Assembly (NCBI GenBank): GCA_044220955.1
Contig: JBGAQA010000008.1
Span: 32,001-96,000, forward strand
DNA: 64,000 bases
Reading direction: 5' to 3'
Origin: Sandaracinaceae bacterium
Lineage (GTDB): Bacteria; Myxococcota_A; Polyangia; Polyangiales; Sandaracinaceae
Under the pieces are notes generated by a model, which made no database searches, was not told the DNA's origin, and was given only the letters and a program-made list of their open reading frames with translations. A program made the position numbers and the translations under genes. Below, piece by piece: positions 1 to 9,253 of the stretch. Numbering within the stretch: position 1 is the first letter of the stretch; the number at the start of each line of letters is the position of its first letter.

Positions 1-1975
1 ACTTCTTCCACCGGCGGCCGCTGCCGCACGGGCACGTCGCGGTGTCCGCAGGCGGTGGCTCGCCGGGCGGTGGGCGCCATCGCTCGCGAGCGGGGCCGCG
101 CGGGGCCTCACGCGCGAGGGCGGCGTTCCTGGCGGCGATGTAGCGCTGCACGGCGGTGTCGTCGGAGATGTCGACGCCGGCCGCGATCATCTCTCCGAAC
201 AACGACTTCGCCGGGCTCCAGGCTCGCGGGTCGCGCGCTGCGCCGAGGAACGCGGCGCGCTTGTCCCTCGTCACGCGGCGGATACGCTCGGCGTCGGCAG
301 CATCGAGGTGGTCCGCCTCCTCGAGGAACGTCGCGAACGCTGCGAGCGCGTCGGGGACCGCGTCGATCTCGTGCGCGCGCCAGAGCACCTTGCGCGGGCC
401 GTAGCTGCGCATGAAGTCGGCGACGGATGACGTCGTGAGCCACGCCCGGGTGTTGCCCTCCGCCTGCGCTTGCCCGAAGAGCGCCTGCGGTATTCCGCGG
501 GAGACCTCGACGACGGCGTCGGAGAGGCCGCGGTGCAGGGTCCAGTCCACGAACGCCGCGGCGAGGACGCTGATGTCGGGCTCGTCATCTTCGTGCTCCG
601 CGAGGTCGTCGTCATCGAGGTCACCGTCGTCGTCGAGATCGTCGTGGTCGAGATCGTCGAGATCGTCGAGATCGCCCGCTTCGTCGTCGCCGTCCTCGGT
701 CGCATCGGCGCGCTCCTCGTCCTCGTCCTCGTCTTCTTCGGCCTCGAGCACGAGCCGCACGTCGACTGCGCCACGGTCGATCTCGATGGTCGTGCTCGCG
801 CTCTGCTCGGCGTCGTTGTCGACATCGAGCGCTGGGGCGAGCCGCGTGATGGCGATCGCTGCCGCGATGATCACGCGCAGCTCGTGGGCGTCCGGCTCGC
901 GCCAGGTATCCTCGTCGACGCGTGCGTGTGCGTTCGGGACGAACTGGCCTTCGCTGAGCGGCCAGCCGTTGGCGATTCGCTCGCGCAAGAACGTGAGGGG
1001 CATGTCGGCGCGTTCGTCGAGCATGAGCGCGAGGTCGGGCTCTTCGGCGTCGCGACGCTCGCGAAGCGCGATGCCGCTCGGCTGCCACGACGTGCGCGCC
1101 CAGCCGCTCCACGTCGTAGCGCCGGTGAGCTCGACGCGAACATCACGCCACTCGTCGATGTCCAGCCACGGCTGCTCGCAGCCGAGCGCCGCCGCGGCCG
1201 CGTACATCTCCGCGACGAGCGCCGCCGGGATCACACCGCCGCACAGGTAGCCGCCGTTGGCGGAACCGAGCGCGGGTGCGCTCGTCAAGCGCCGTCTCTC
1301 GAGGTGCGAGCCGACGATCCATGCGCCTTGGGCGCGGACGTCGTCGTGCCGCTCGCTCAGCCGACGCAGCAGCTTGCTGTCGGCGATGGCCTCGCCCCAG
1401 AGTGCGCGGCCGAGGCTGTCACCGGTCCGTGCGCTGCGGCCGAGCCGCCCGACCGCCGACGCCGGCTCTCCGCCACCGAAGGGCACGAAGTGCAGCGACG
1501 TCTCGCCGCAGGTGCACGCAGGGTCCGGGCACGAGGCGTCGAGCACGTACCACCACGCGCCGTCGCGCACGACGTACGGCGTGAGGTCGTGCGGGAAGAT
1601 GTCGGCGTGGTGCACCTTATCCCCCGGCTGCCAGTCGCTCGGCGCTTCCCTGACTCGCCCGGCAGGAAGCGCGCGCCGCGCACGCGCACGAGCGAAGCGA
1701 TGATCGAGGACGTCGCGGTGCTCGGTCACCCACTGCCGGAGCCACGGGGCGTCGACCTCGAGGAGGCGCCGCGCGGCGTCGCTCGCCGGCTCGAGCACGC
1801 CGGCGTCGTAGGTGAACACGCCACGGCTCGCGCTCTCGTCGCGCTGGTGGATCACGATGTGCGCGGTGAGGCAACGCGGCGCGGCGCAGAGCGACGCGTC
1901 GAGCACGTACGCCTCGCCGCCCGGAGCCACCGCCACGACCGGCAGACCGGAGTCGAGCTTGAATGAGGTCAGCAT
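1..1975 (-). CDS. SEC-C motif domain protein (>658 aa, runs off the window start) with a long acidic linker
   Basis: Not in the ORF track. Open frame read from ATG 1975 (MLTSFKLDSGLPV) to the window edge, ending ATCPCGSGRRWKK(C), a SEC-C zinc motif. Internal CPDPACTC motif and a D/E-rich tract at ~580-740. The 470..1966 + ORF is its antisense shadow. Confidence 0.8.
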   Translation of the reverse strand, partial: MLTSFKLDSGLPVVAVAPGGEAYVLDASLCAAPRCLTAHIVIHQRDESASRGVFTYDAGVLEPASDAARRLLEVDAPWLRQWVTEHRDVLDHRFARARARRALPAGRVREAPSDWQPGDKVHHADIFPHDLTPYVVRDGAWWYVLDASCPDPACTCGETSLHFVPFGGGEPASAVGRLGRSARTGDSLGRALWGEAIADSKLLRRLSERHDDVRAQGAWIVGSHLERRRLTSAPALGSANGGYLCGGVIPAALVAEMYAAAAALGCEQPWLDIDEWRDVRVELTGATTWSGWARTSWQPSGIALRERRDAEEPDLALMLDERADMPLTFLRERIANGWPLSEGQFVPNAHARVDEDTWREPDAHELRVIIAAAIAITRLAPALDVDNDAEQSASTTIEIDRGAVDVRLVLEAEEDEDEDEERADATEDGDDEAGDLDDLDDLDHDDLDDDGDLDDDDLAEHEDDEPDISVLAAAFVDWTLHRGLSDAVVEVSRGIPQALFGQAQAEGNTRAWLTTSSVADFMRSYGPRKVLWRAHEIDAVPDALAAFATFLEEADHLDAADAERIRRVTRDKRAAFLGAARDPRAWSPAKSLFGEMIAAGVDISDDTAVQRYIAARNAALAREAPRGPARERWRPPPGEPPPADTATCPCGSGRRWKK

Positions 1976-2324
1976 CGTGCGTCCGTTCTACCAGACCCCG
2001 CGGGCACCTTGGATGGGACGAGGCCGGTCGCCATGGCGGGCGCGCCCCTCGCGTCGAGTGCGCTGACCTCGGGCAATCCCGCGGACCAGGCCGAGTGGAA
2101 ACGCTGGGATCGGTGCCCGTGTGCCCGGGCATGACGCGGCCGCCTGGCCTCGCGAGCGAGTCGAGTGCGTCGTGGATGGGCTCGCGCACGCTCGGGGGAC
2201 CGCTCCGCTGCAGCTCGCGGCCGACGAGATCTGCGCGACCGCGTCGCCGCGGCATCGACTGGAGCTCGCCGCCGTCGCCCTCCCGTCTTCGTGATCTTCC
2301 AGCTCCCTGCGATCTCTGCGCCGG

Positions 2325-2801
2325 TCATCGCTCCTTCTTCTGGTCCGTCTTCGCTCCCGGCCCGAGCGCGGCGACCTCATCGGCCTCACCGGTGCTCGCG
2401 TCGAGCACCTGACGGATGACGCGGTCGGTCACCTGGTGCAGGTGCGCGTGAAGCTCCTTATCGATCGCGACGTAGTGCGGCCAGAGCGTCTCGTCCACGA
2501 AGCGCTTGCTGACCTTGAGCATCACGCTCTGCCGATGCTGGCCGTGCAGCCGGTACGGACGAAGCCCGTAGCGTCGCGCGAGCGCGTTGAAGACCTGGCG
2601 CGACCACGGGTCCGGGAGCGAGAATCGGTACTCGATCGGCGGGTCAGCCGTGAACAGCTCGGCGAGCCGCGCGAGGATGCGCTGCTTCGCGTTCGCGGCG
2701 GCGTCGCGCTCGCCCGGCGTCGTCGCACCAGCGTGGAGCGCCTCGATGCGTCGGAGCTTCTCGATGAGCGCCGCTTCGTCGGGGATGGCCATCGCCGACA
2801 T
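2325..2801 (-). CDS. Conserved hypothetical protein (DUF2786-like N-terminus)
   Basis: 158 aa with protein-like composition. LIEKLRRIEALHAGATTPGERDAA resembles the DUF2786 helical motif. Confidence 0.7.
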   Translation of the reverse strand: MSAMAIPDEAALIEKLRRIEALHAGATTPGERDAAANAKQRILARLAELFTADPPIEYRFSLPDPWSRQVFNALARRYGLRPYRLHGQHRQSVMLKVSKRFVDETLWPHYVAIDKELHAHLHQVTDRVIRQVLDASTGEADEVAALGPGAKTDQKKER

Positions 2802-2889
2802 GATCGCACGCCTCGCGGCGGTCCGTCGTCGCCGTCCCGGCCCCGTCCGCGCACGAGGTCCGTGTCACACGCACGGCGGACACCGCCGC

Positions 2890-3344
2890 GGCACGAGGCT
2901 GGCGACCACCGTCGGCACGCTCGCTGCGCCAGCCGCCTGCGGACAAGATCGAGCGCGGTCGCTGCGGGCGCCGAGACCCGCATCGTGCCGGTCGGCGTCT
3001 TCGTCGCGAGGACCGGGACGCCCTCGACGTCGTGCCGAACGAAGAATCGGATCCGCGTACGACCGACGGCGACGGGTCGCAGTGGTGTGCTCGTCATGAC
3101 CTGGAGCTCCTGCGGTGCGTGGTGCGCCGCGCCGTGGGGCGCCGCCGCCGAGAGCAGCGCCACGTAGTAGGGCTGCTCGTGGAACCGCATCAGCGCATCG
3201 ACGTACCAGCTCGGCGGCGGCGCCCCGGCGTCACGGTACTCGGCCGGGACGATCACGTAGAAGCCGCGCCGGGGACGAAGAGGACCCCGTCGGCTCGGGC
3301 GGGAAGGCTTCCGAGCGCTCGCGAATGTCGTCTTCGTTGAACAT
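2890..3344 (-). pseudogene. Second AbiEi-family antitoxin, deleted and frameshifted remnant
   Basis: RRGFYVIVPAEY...PYYVALLSAAAPHGAAHHAPQELQV...TPTGTMRVSAPAATALDLV is paralogous to 4260..5038. The N-terminal wHTH is mostly missing and the C-terminus is frameshifted. Confidence 0.8.
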
Positions 3345-3447
3345 GGAGGCGCTGCGGCGTCTCAGTGATAGCGAACGGCCGGAAACCACAACAAGGAGTG
3401 GCCGCGCCGCCCATGCCGAAGCCGTGGCTCCGTCCTGCCGAGCGGTG

Positions 3448-4263
3448 TCAGCGCGTGCCTTCCACGGCTCCCCCGGCAGCTGAGTGACGATGCGCTCGCG
3501 GACGTGCTCGAGCGCGGCATCGACGTCCCATCGCCGCCCGTGCGTGAGCAGCGGGGAGAGGTCGGCCCGGAACGTCGCGTCGCGCTCCTTCTGCGCGAGG
3601 TTCTTCTCGAAGATGGCGCGGCTCACGCGCTCGCCTTCGGCCTCGAGGTACCGCTCGAACGAGGTGATGATCTTCGCCGGGTCGGCCGCCGTCTCGCGCA
3701 GCGCGAGGTCGAGGTCGAAGAGGTCGCGCGCCTTCTTGCGCTGGAAGAGCGCCCGCAGCTTCGTCCCGAGCAGCTCGTCGAGCTGGTAGGTCGTCACCGC
3801 CGCCTCGCCGGAGAACCAGCGCGAGGTCGTCTCGATCTGCTCTTGGTGGAGGCCGAGCACGGTGAAGTGCTCGCGCACGTTGATCTCCACCTTGAGCTTC
3901 AGCTTCAGCGGCGGGACGTCCTCGGACTCGAAGCGGTAGAGCAGCGTCACGCGGCCCTGGCTCTGCTTCCACTGTGGCCGGCCGAGCCAGCCGTCGAGCG
4001 CGTCGTGGATGGCGTCGAGCACCGGCCCGATCGGGCCCGACGCCACCTGCACGAGGTCGATGTCCTCCGAGTAGCGGGCGGGGGGCCGGACGTGGAGCTT
4101 GTAGAGCGCGGTGCCACCGCGGAACGCCAGCGCTTCCCGCACGAGCGGTCGCCGGTACAGCTCGATGAGCGCGCGGGTGATGACGAGGTCCTGCTCGACC
4201 TGTGCGTCCTCGATCCACGGCGCGTGCTCGCGCCACTCGGGTGATGAAGTCGCGCGGGATCAT
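3448..4263 (-). pseudogene. AbiEii/AbiGii nucleotidyltransferase toxin with apparent frameshifts
   Basis: MIPRDFIT, then +1 C at ~4240, then EWREHAPWIEDAQVEQDL...AFRGGTALYK...RYSEDIDLV...KLRALFQRKKARDLFDL. Its ATG overlaps the antitoxin stop. Confidence 0.85.
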
Positions 4264-5038
4264 GAGTCCGCCTCGATGCGAGCGTTCGCGAGCACGCGCC
4301 AGCGCGGGACACGGCGACCGCGCCGGCGGGAGCCCGTCACGAGCGGCACGTACTGCGTGACGACCTCATCGACGTGTGCGGCCAGGTCCGCGGCGACCTC
4401 CGCGTGGCCTACCGTGTCGAGCAAGTAGCCGAGACGCTGCGCCCACGGCACCGGGGCGACCGCCGCCACGCGCACGAGACGCTTCGCGTCGAGCGACTCG
4501 CCAAGCTCGCGCAGGACGGAGGCAACCACGTCGACGCCACCAACACGATCGGGGTAGCCCACGAGATCGAAGGCCGTCGCCTCGGGGCTCGAGATCCGCA
4601 TCTGGCCCCGCGGCGTGTTCACCGTGATCGTCGGCACCTCGCGCACGGCGGTGCGCACGACGAAGCGAACGCGCACCTTGCCGCAGACGATCGGTCGCCG
4701 AGGCTTGCCGACCATGACCTGGAGCTCCTGCGGCCGATGGTGCGCGGCACCGTGATGCGCCGCCGCCGAGAGCAGGCCAACGTAGTACGGCTCGCCCAGG
4801 CGCTGCATCAGCTGCGGGATGAACTGCTCCGCGGGCACGCAGCCGAGACGCCGGTACTCGGGCGGGACGATGACGTAGAACCCGCGCACCGGCGCCGCGA
4901 TCTCGCCCTTCTTCACCAGCCGGCGCAGCACGGCCTGCGCGGCGACCGCAGAGCCCCCGAGCGCACGCTGGGCCTCCCGCGACGTGAAGTCGTGGCGGCC
5001 GCGCGAGGCGAGTTCGGTGATGTACGGGGTGCCTAGCA
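4260..5038 (-). CDS. Type IV TA antitoxin, AbiEi family
   Basis: RGFYVIVPPEY, YYVGLLSAAAHHGAAH, SSPEATAFDL and QRLGYLL motifs. Directly upstream of AbiEii. Start chosen at ATG 5038, although the frame is open to 5084. Confidence 0.9.
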
Positions 5039-5047
5039 TCTCGATCT

Positions 5048-5086
5048 GTTTGCCGAAACTAACGGGACGCATCACTTTACGCAAAC
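5048..5086. promoter_or_regulatory. Imperfect inverted repeat, putative AbiEi operator
   Basis: GTTTGCCGAAACT-N13-ACTTTACGCAAAC (10/13 complementary), AT-rich, just upstream of abiEi. AbiEi proteins are known to autorepress via promoter inverted repeats. Confidence 0.55.
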
Positions 5087-5555
5087 GGGTGCGTCACCGT
5101 CGGTCTTCGACCGGTACAAGCACAGTGCGTGATGTGATGCGTTCGGCGCACATGACGCACCGGGGCTGTCCCGACGGTCGTGGCGGCGCCGGGGCGAGGC
5201 GCGCTTCCCCGATCTCGGCCTTCGGCCGTACGATCTTCGGGCATGGAAGCCGTGCTGTGCCAGTCGACAGAGACCGAGGGGCAGATCGCGATCGCCGCCA
5301 GGCGGGGCCGGTGCTTCTCCTTCCGCGCGCTCGACCCCGGCCGCAACGCCTCGAGAGAGGTCGCCCCGCTCGTGAGCGCGTACTTCGAGTTGGTGCTCGG
5401 GCGGCCCGAGGAGGACGAGCGCGTGCAGCTGGCCGTGTCTGCCGCGCTCGGCCTCGATCGTGTCGGCTCCGGGCCTGGCTGCGGCCGTGCTCGATCCGCA
5501 TCCCTGGCAACCGTTCCTGTGCGCCCTCGTGGCGGCCCAGGGCGCCGAACGCACG

Positions 5556-5760
5556 CCGGCGCTCCACGACCTCCGGCACTCGTTCATCTCGAATCAGCTC
5601 GCGGCGGGAACGCCGATCCACGTCGTCCGCGACATGGCGGCCCACCGCAACCTGGTGATCACCGCGCGCTACGCGCACGGCACCGACGAGGCTCGGCGCG
5701 CGGCGTTCGACCGCGTGCAGATCGAGGTCGGCGCGGGACCCGATCGGCGCACCGATCCGG
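5556..5760 (+). pseudogene. Tyrosine recombinase/integrase C-terminal remnant
   Basis: LHDLRHSF (HxxR box), VRDMAAHRNLVITARYAH (box II and catalytic Tyr). No N-terminal three quarters. Confidence 0.85.
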
Positions 5761-5763
5761 TCG

Positions 5764-5787
5764 CCGTGGCACCAACCGTGGCACCAA
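5764..5787 (+). repeat. Perfect 12-bp tandem repeat CCGTGGCACCAA x2, possible integrase arm-type sites
   Basis: Seen directly. Lies between the integrase remnant and the tRNA 3' end. Confidence 0.55.
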
Positions 5788-5848
5788 GCGTCGTGGAAGT
5801 ACTTCGGCGGAAGGCCAGCAAGTCCCGGAAAACACGGGACGAAGGTGA

Positions 5849-5923
<75 letters not shown>

Positions 5924-5997
5924 GAAACGGAGCGCGAAAGTAGCGGAAGGGTCGGGGCTGTCAAGCGCGGGGGGGCGCGGTTCTACGAGAATTTGCC

Positions 5998-7104
5998 GTG
6001 GCGGCGTCCGACGCGGGACACTTCGTGCGCGTGGACTCTCGGAACGCGGCGCTGCATCGACTTCTCTTGGATGCGCAACAGGGCGGGCAGGCCAAGGTCG
6101 ACGCGCTCATCGCGCTCACGCAGCGCACCGTGTTCGTGGTGCCCTGGCCCAACCCGGCGGACGGCTATCGGACACTGGTGAACTCCGGCGGGCTGGCGGC
6201 GCTGCCGATCTTCACCGACGCACAGGGGCTGCACGAGGCGGCGAGCCGCTTCGGCTGGGTGGACGCGAGCGGAAACGTCGCACACGCCGAGATCGGATCA
6301 CGGCAGGCGCTCTCGTTCGCGCGCGAGCGTCAGCTGGCGTTCGTCGTGGTGGACATCGCCGCCGACCACTCGCTCGAGATCTCGGCCGCCGAGATCGAGC
6401 CACTGCTGACGCCCGCCGCGCGTCGTGAGTCACAGGGGCCCTTCGCCGGCGCGGGCCGCATCTCGAGCACGCTGATGCGCTCGGTGATGCCCATGACCGC
6501 CGGCGCGACCGGTCCGACACGACCGCCGACACCGCCACCCGGCAGCGTGCCGGCCGCGAGCCCGAAGAACACTCCGTACCCCGGCACGCTCGCTCAGCGA
6601 CCGCAGGTGCACGCGCCTCCTCCCGGCTCGAGTCCCGGCAACGTGGCCGCTCCCGCGATGACGCCGGGCTCGAGTCCCGGCAACGTCGCGGCGCCGCCCG
6701 CGACGGGCTCGAGCCCCGGCGCGGCCCCGGCCCGCGGCCGCACCAGCGGGTCGAGCCCGGGGATGATCGCCGTCGTGCAGGCCAAGGGCCCGCCCTCGCC
6801 GCTGCTCCCCACGCAGCCGCTCTCACCGCTGAAGGCGATGGTCGACGCGCAACAGCTGGACATGCTCGAGATCGTGCTGCGCGAGTACCCGGAGGTGGAG
6901 TGGGCGTGCCTCGGTCTCGCCGGCGGCGCGCTCGCGATGGGGCTGCGCCTCGACGATCGGCTGCGCACGCGCCTGGAGGCGCTCGCCGCCGAGGTCGGAC
7001 GCGTGTCGAACGGGATGCCCATCGTGCTGCTCGACGATCCGAAGCTGATGCGCGCCGCACGCGCCGAGGCCTACGCGTTCTATCCGTGGCGCAAGAAGGG
7101 CTGA
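5998..7104 (+). CDS. SseB-family protein with Pro-rich linker
   Basis: N-terminal ALPIFTD-type SseB motif, a GSSPG-repeat linker and a globular C-terminal domain. Confidence 0.7.
   Translation: MAASDAGHFVRVDSRNAALHRLLLDAQQGGQAKVDALIALTQRTVFVVPWPNPADGYRTLVNSGGLAALPIFTDAQGLHEAASRFGWVDASGNVAHAEIGSRQALSFARERQLAFVVVDIAADHSLEISAAEIEPLLTPAARRESQGPFAGAGRISSTLMRSVMPMTAGATGPTRPPTPPPGSVPAASPKNTPYPGTLAQRPQVHAPPPGSSPGNVAAPAMTPGSSPGNVAAPPATGSSPGAAPARGRTSGSSPGMIAVVQAKGPPSPLLPTQPLSPLKAMVDAQQLDMLEIVLREYPEVEWACLGLAGGALAMGLRLDDRLRTRLEALAAEVGRVSNGMPIVLLDDPKLMRAARAEAYAFYPWRKKG
6622..6762 (+). repeat. Coding tandem repeat, ~39-42 bp period (GSSPG x4)
   Basis: GGCTCGAGTCCCGGC-like units at 6625, 6667, 6706 and 6748. 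Confidence 0.8.
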
Positions 7105-7355
7105 AGAGCTGTCCCGAGATCAGGACGGCTCTTCTCGCGCAGCGATGCGAGGGGGAGGCTCCCCTCCAATTCACCCGGTGTGGAGCGGGCCGCGTATCGG
7201 CCCCGGCCAACCGAGCTAGCCATCCGACATCCTGCGCGGATGGCGGACGTGCACGCCTCGCGTCGCCGTCAGTTCCCGCACGCGGCGAGCCGCGCGTGTG
7301 CTGACGCTCGCGCCGGCGCGAGCGCACGCCTCTCACGTCGAGTGTGGCGGTCCGT

Positions 7356-7371
7356 TGGAACGGGGGCTGCT
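7356..7371 (+). promoter_or_regulatory. Putative sigma-54 promoter (-24/-12)
   Basis: TGGAACG-GGGG-CTGCT has GG-N10-GC spacing and lies ~38 bp upstream of the RBS-bearing ATG at 7409. Confidence 0.5.
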
Positions 7372-7408
7372 ATGAGCGTCCGGTCGCGTGTTTCCAAGGA
7401 GGTCGGTC

Positions 7409-7972
7409 ATGGGTCGGGTTCGCTCTCTCTTCGCGCTCTTCGTGCTCGCCCTCGTGCTGACGACGGCGGGCCTCGCGCACGCCACGGTGGTCGTACCTCT
7501 CTCCGTCGAGCAGCAGGTGGCGCAGGCCGACCTCGTCGTGCGCGCGCGCGTCGTCGCGATGCAGAGCGCCTTCGTCCCGGAGCGCGGCGCGATCCTCACG
7601 TACACCGAGCTGAGCGTCACCGACGTGATGAAGGGGCAAGCGCCCGCGACGCTCGTGCTCCGCCAGATGGGCGGTACGGCCGACGGCCAGACGATGCTCG
7701 TCCCGGGCGATGCGCACCTGACGACGGGGGACGACGTGATCCTCTTTCTCCGCCGCGATCCGTCGGGCGGGGACAACGTGTTCTTGCTCTCGCTCGCGCA
7801 GTCCGCGTGGTTCGTGAGCGGGCAGCGGGCCTCGCGAGATCTCTCGCAGCTCACGTTCGCCGTTCTCGGCGGTCCCGCCGGCACGCAGCTGAGCGAGCCC
7901 GGGCGCGAGGCGTCGGTGGACGTCGCCGAGCTGGTTGCGGAGATCCGCAGCCTCGTGGGAGGTGCGCGATGA
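7409..7972 (+). CDS. Secreted hypothetical protein, partner of the matrixin
   Basis: AGGAGG RBS, signal peptide, ATVVVPLSVEQQVAQADLVVRARV motif. ATGA overlap with the next gene. Confidence 0.8.
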   Translation: MGRVRSLFALFVLALVLTTAGLAHATVVVPLSVEQQVAQADLVVRARVVAMQSAFVPERGAILTYTELSVTDVMKGQAPATLVLRQMGGTADGQTMLVPGDAHLTTGDDVILFLRRDPSGGDNVFLLSLAQSAWFVSGQRASRDLSQLTFAVLGGPAGTQLSEPGREASVDVAELVAEIRSLVGGAR

Positions 7973-9231
7973 GCCGCTCGCTCCTGGCCGCCTCGACGCT
8001 CGCGGCGCTCGCGCTGGTCTCCGTCGCCACGCCCGCACAGGCGTACGTGCGCGAGAGCTCGAACTGGAATCCGGGCACGCTGCCCGTCACCTACTACATC
8101 AACCAGAGCACCATCCCCTCGACGCTCGGGATGAGCGCGGGCATCGCCGCGGTCGAGGGCGGGTTCGCGACGTGGGCCGCGCCGGCCTGCACGTCGTGGC
8201 GCACGACGGACGCAGGCAACACGACCACCGGGGCCAGCACCGGCGACCGCCGCAACGTGATTCTCTGGCTGAACAGCTGGCCTGCCGAGCTCGGGAGCGT
8301 GAACAGCGTCATCGGGGTGACGACGCCGGTCTGGACCAGCGGCGGCTACTTCATCGACGCCGACATCCAGTTCAACAACCAGGGCTTCCGCTGGAACACC
8401 ACGGGCAGCGGTGGCGGCAGCTACGTGGACGCGCAGTCGATCGCGACGCACGAAGAAGGCCACTTCCTCGGCCTCGACCACTCGCCCACCGGCTCGGCGA
8501 TCATGTACGCGTCCTACTCGGGCGGGCTCAAGCGCAACCTCGCGGCGGACGATCAGAACGGCGTGTGCGCGATCTATCCGTCGGGCGTCGCGCCGACCGA
8601 CGCGGGCGTGTCGACGGGCGACCCGTGCAACGCGTTCGGCACCACGTGCGCCGACTGCACGCCCAACGACGGCTGTGGGTTCTGTCCCGGAACGAGCCAG
8701 TGCGTGAGCGGCACGCCGACGGGTCCGGTCTCGGGCGCGTGCTCGGGCTACGTTTGGCTCCCGCGCGACTGCAGCGCGCCCGGGACGGACGCGGGCACGG
8801 GAGGCACGGGCCGCTTCGGCGATCCGTGCACCCAGCCGACCGACTGCGGCTCGGGCGGCCTCTGCGTGGTCGACGGAAGCGGCAACGGGTTCTGCACGCG
8901 CGCCTGCTCGGACGACTGCACGTGTCCCGACGCGTACCAGTGCTACGTCGTGAACCCCACCATCAGCGTGTGCGTGCCCGGGACGCGCTCGTGCGCGACC
9001 GGGAACGACGCAGGCATGGTGCTTCCGGGCGACGACGCGGCCGTGCTCCCCGGCGACGACGCGGCCGTGCTCCCGGGTGACGACGGCGGCACGACCTCGG
9101 GCGGCACGCGCGCCAGTGGATGTGGCTGCGCCGCGGCGGGGACGGGAGCGGAGGGTCTCGGCGCGGGTGCCCTCGCGCTCGCCCTGCTCGGCCTCGTCGC
9201 ATCGCGCCGCCGACGGCGCAGCGCCCGCTGA
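7969..9231 (+). CDS. Matrixin-family (M10) zinc metalloprotease with Cys-rich repeats and MYXO-CTERM-like tail
   Basis: HEEGHFLGLDH and the Met-turn AIMY. GCGCAAA...LALLGLVASRRRRR C-terminus. VLPGDDAA x3 repeat. Confidence 0.9.
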   Translation: MSRSLLAASTLAALALVSVATPAQAYVRESSNWNPGTLPVTYYINQSTIPSTLGMSAGIAAVEGGFATWAAPACTSWRTTDAGNTTTGASTGDRRNVILWLNSWPAELGSVNSVIGVTTPVWTSGGYFIDADIQFNNQGFRWNTTGSGGGSYVDAQSIATHEEGHFLGLDHSPTGSAIMYASYSGGLKRNLAADDQNGVCAIYPSGVAPTDAGVSTGDPCNAFGTTCADCTPNDGCGFCPGTSQCVSGTPTGPVSGACSGYVWLPRDCSAPGTDAGTGGTGRFGDPCTQPTDCGSGGLCVVDGSGNGFCTRACSDDCTCPDAYQCYVVNPTISVCVPGTRSCATGNDAGMVLPGDDAAVLPGDDAAVLPGDDGGTTSGGTRASGCGCAAAGTGAEGLGAGALALALLGLVASRRRRRSAR

Positions 9232-9253
9232 AGCGCGTGTAGGATCGGCGTGC

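Noticed and set aside
580..740. GACGATCTC-type repeats here and TCGAGG/TCGAGC repeats at ~11200-11340
   Set aside because: These are low-complexity codon repeats encoding acidic or Ser/Thr linkers.
470..1966. 498-aa plus-strand ORF and the many other long R/A/G-rich ORFs in the track (e.g. 30276..32624, 33889..35916, 53548..55068)
   Set aside because: These are antisense or off-frame shadows of real genes in high-GC DNA and contain no motifs.
5230..5480. Short protein-like stretch MEAVLCQSTE...LGLDR before the integrase relic
   Set aside because: No recognisable family and no clean stop. Probably a scrap, and too weak to call.
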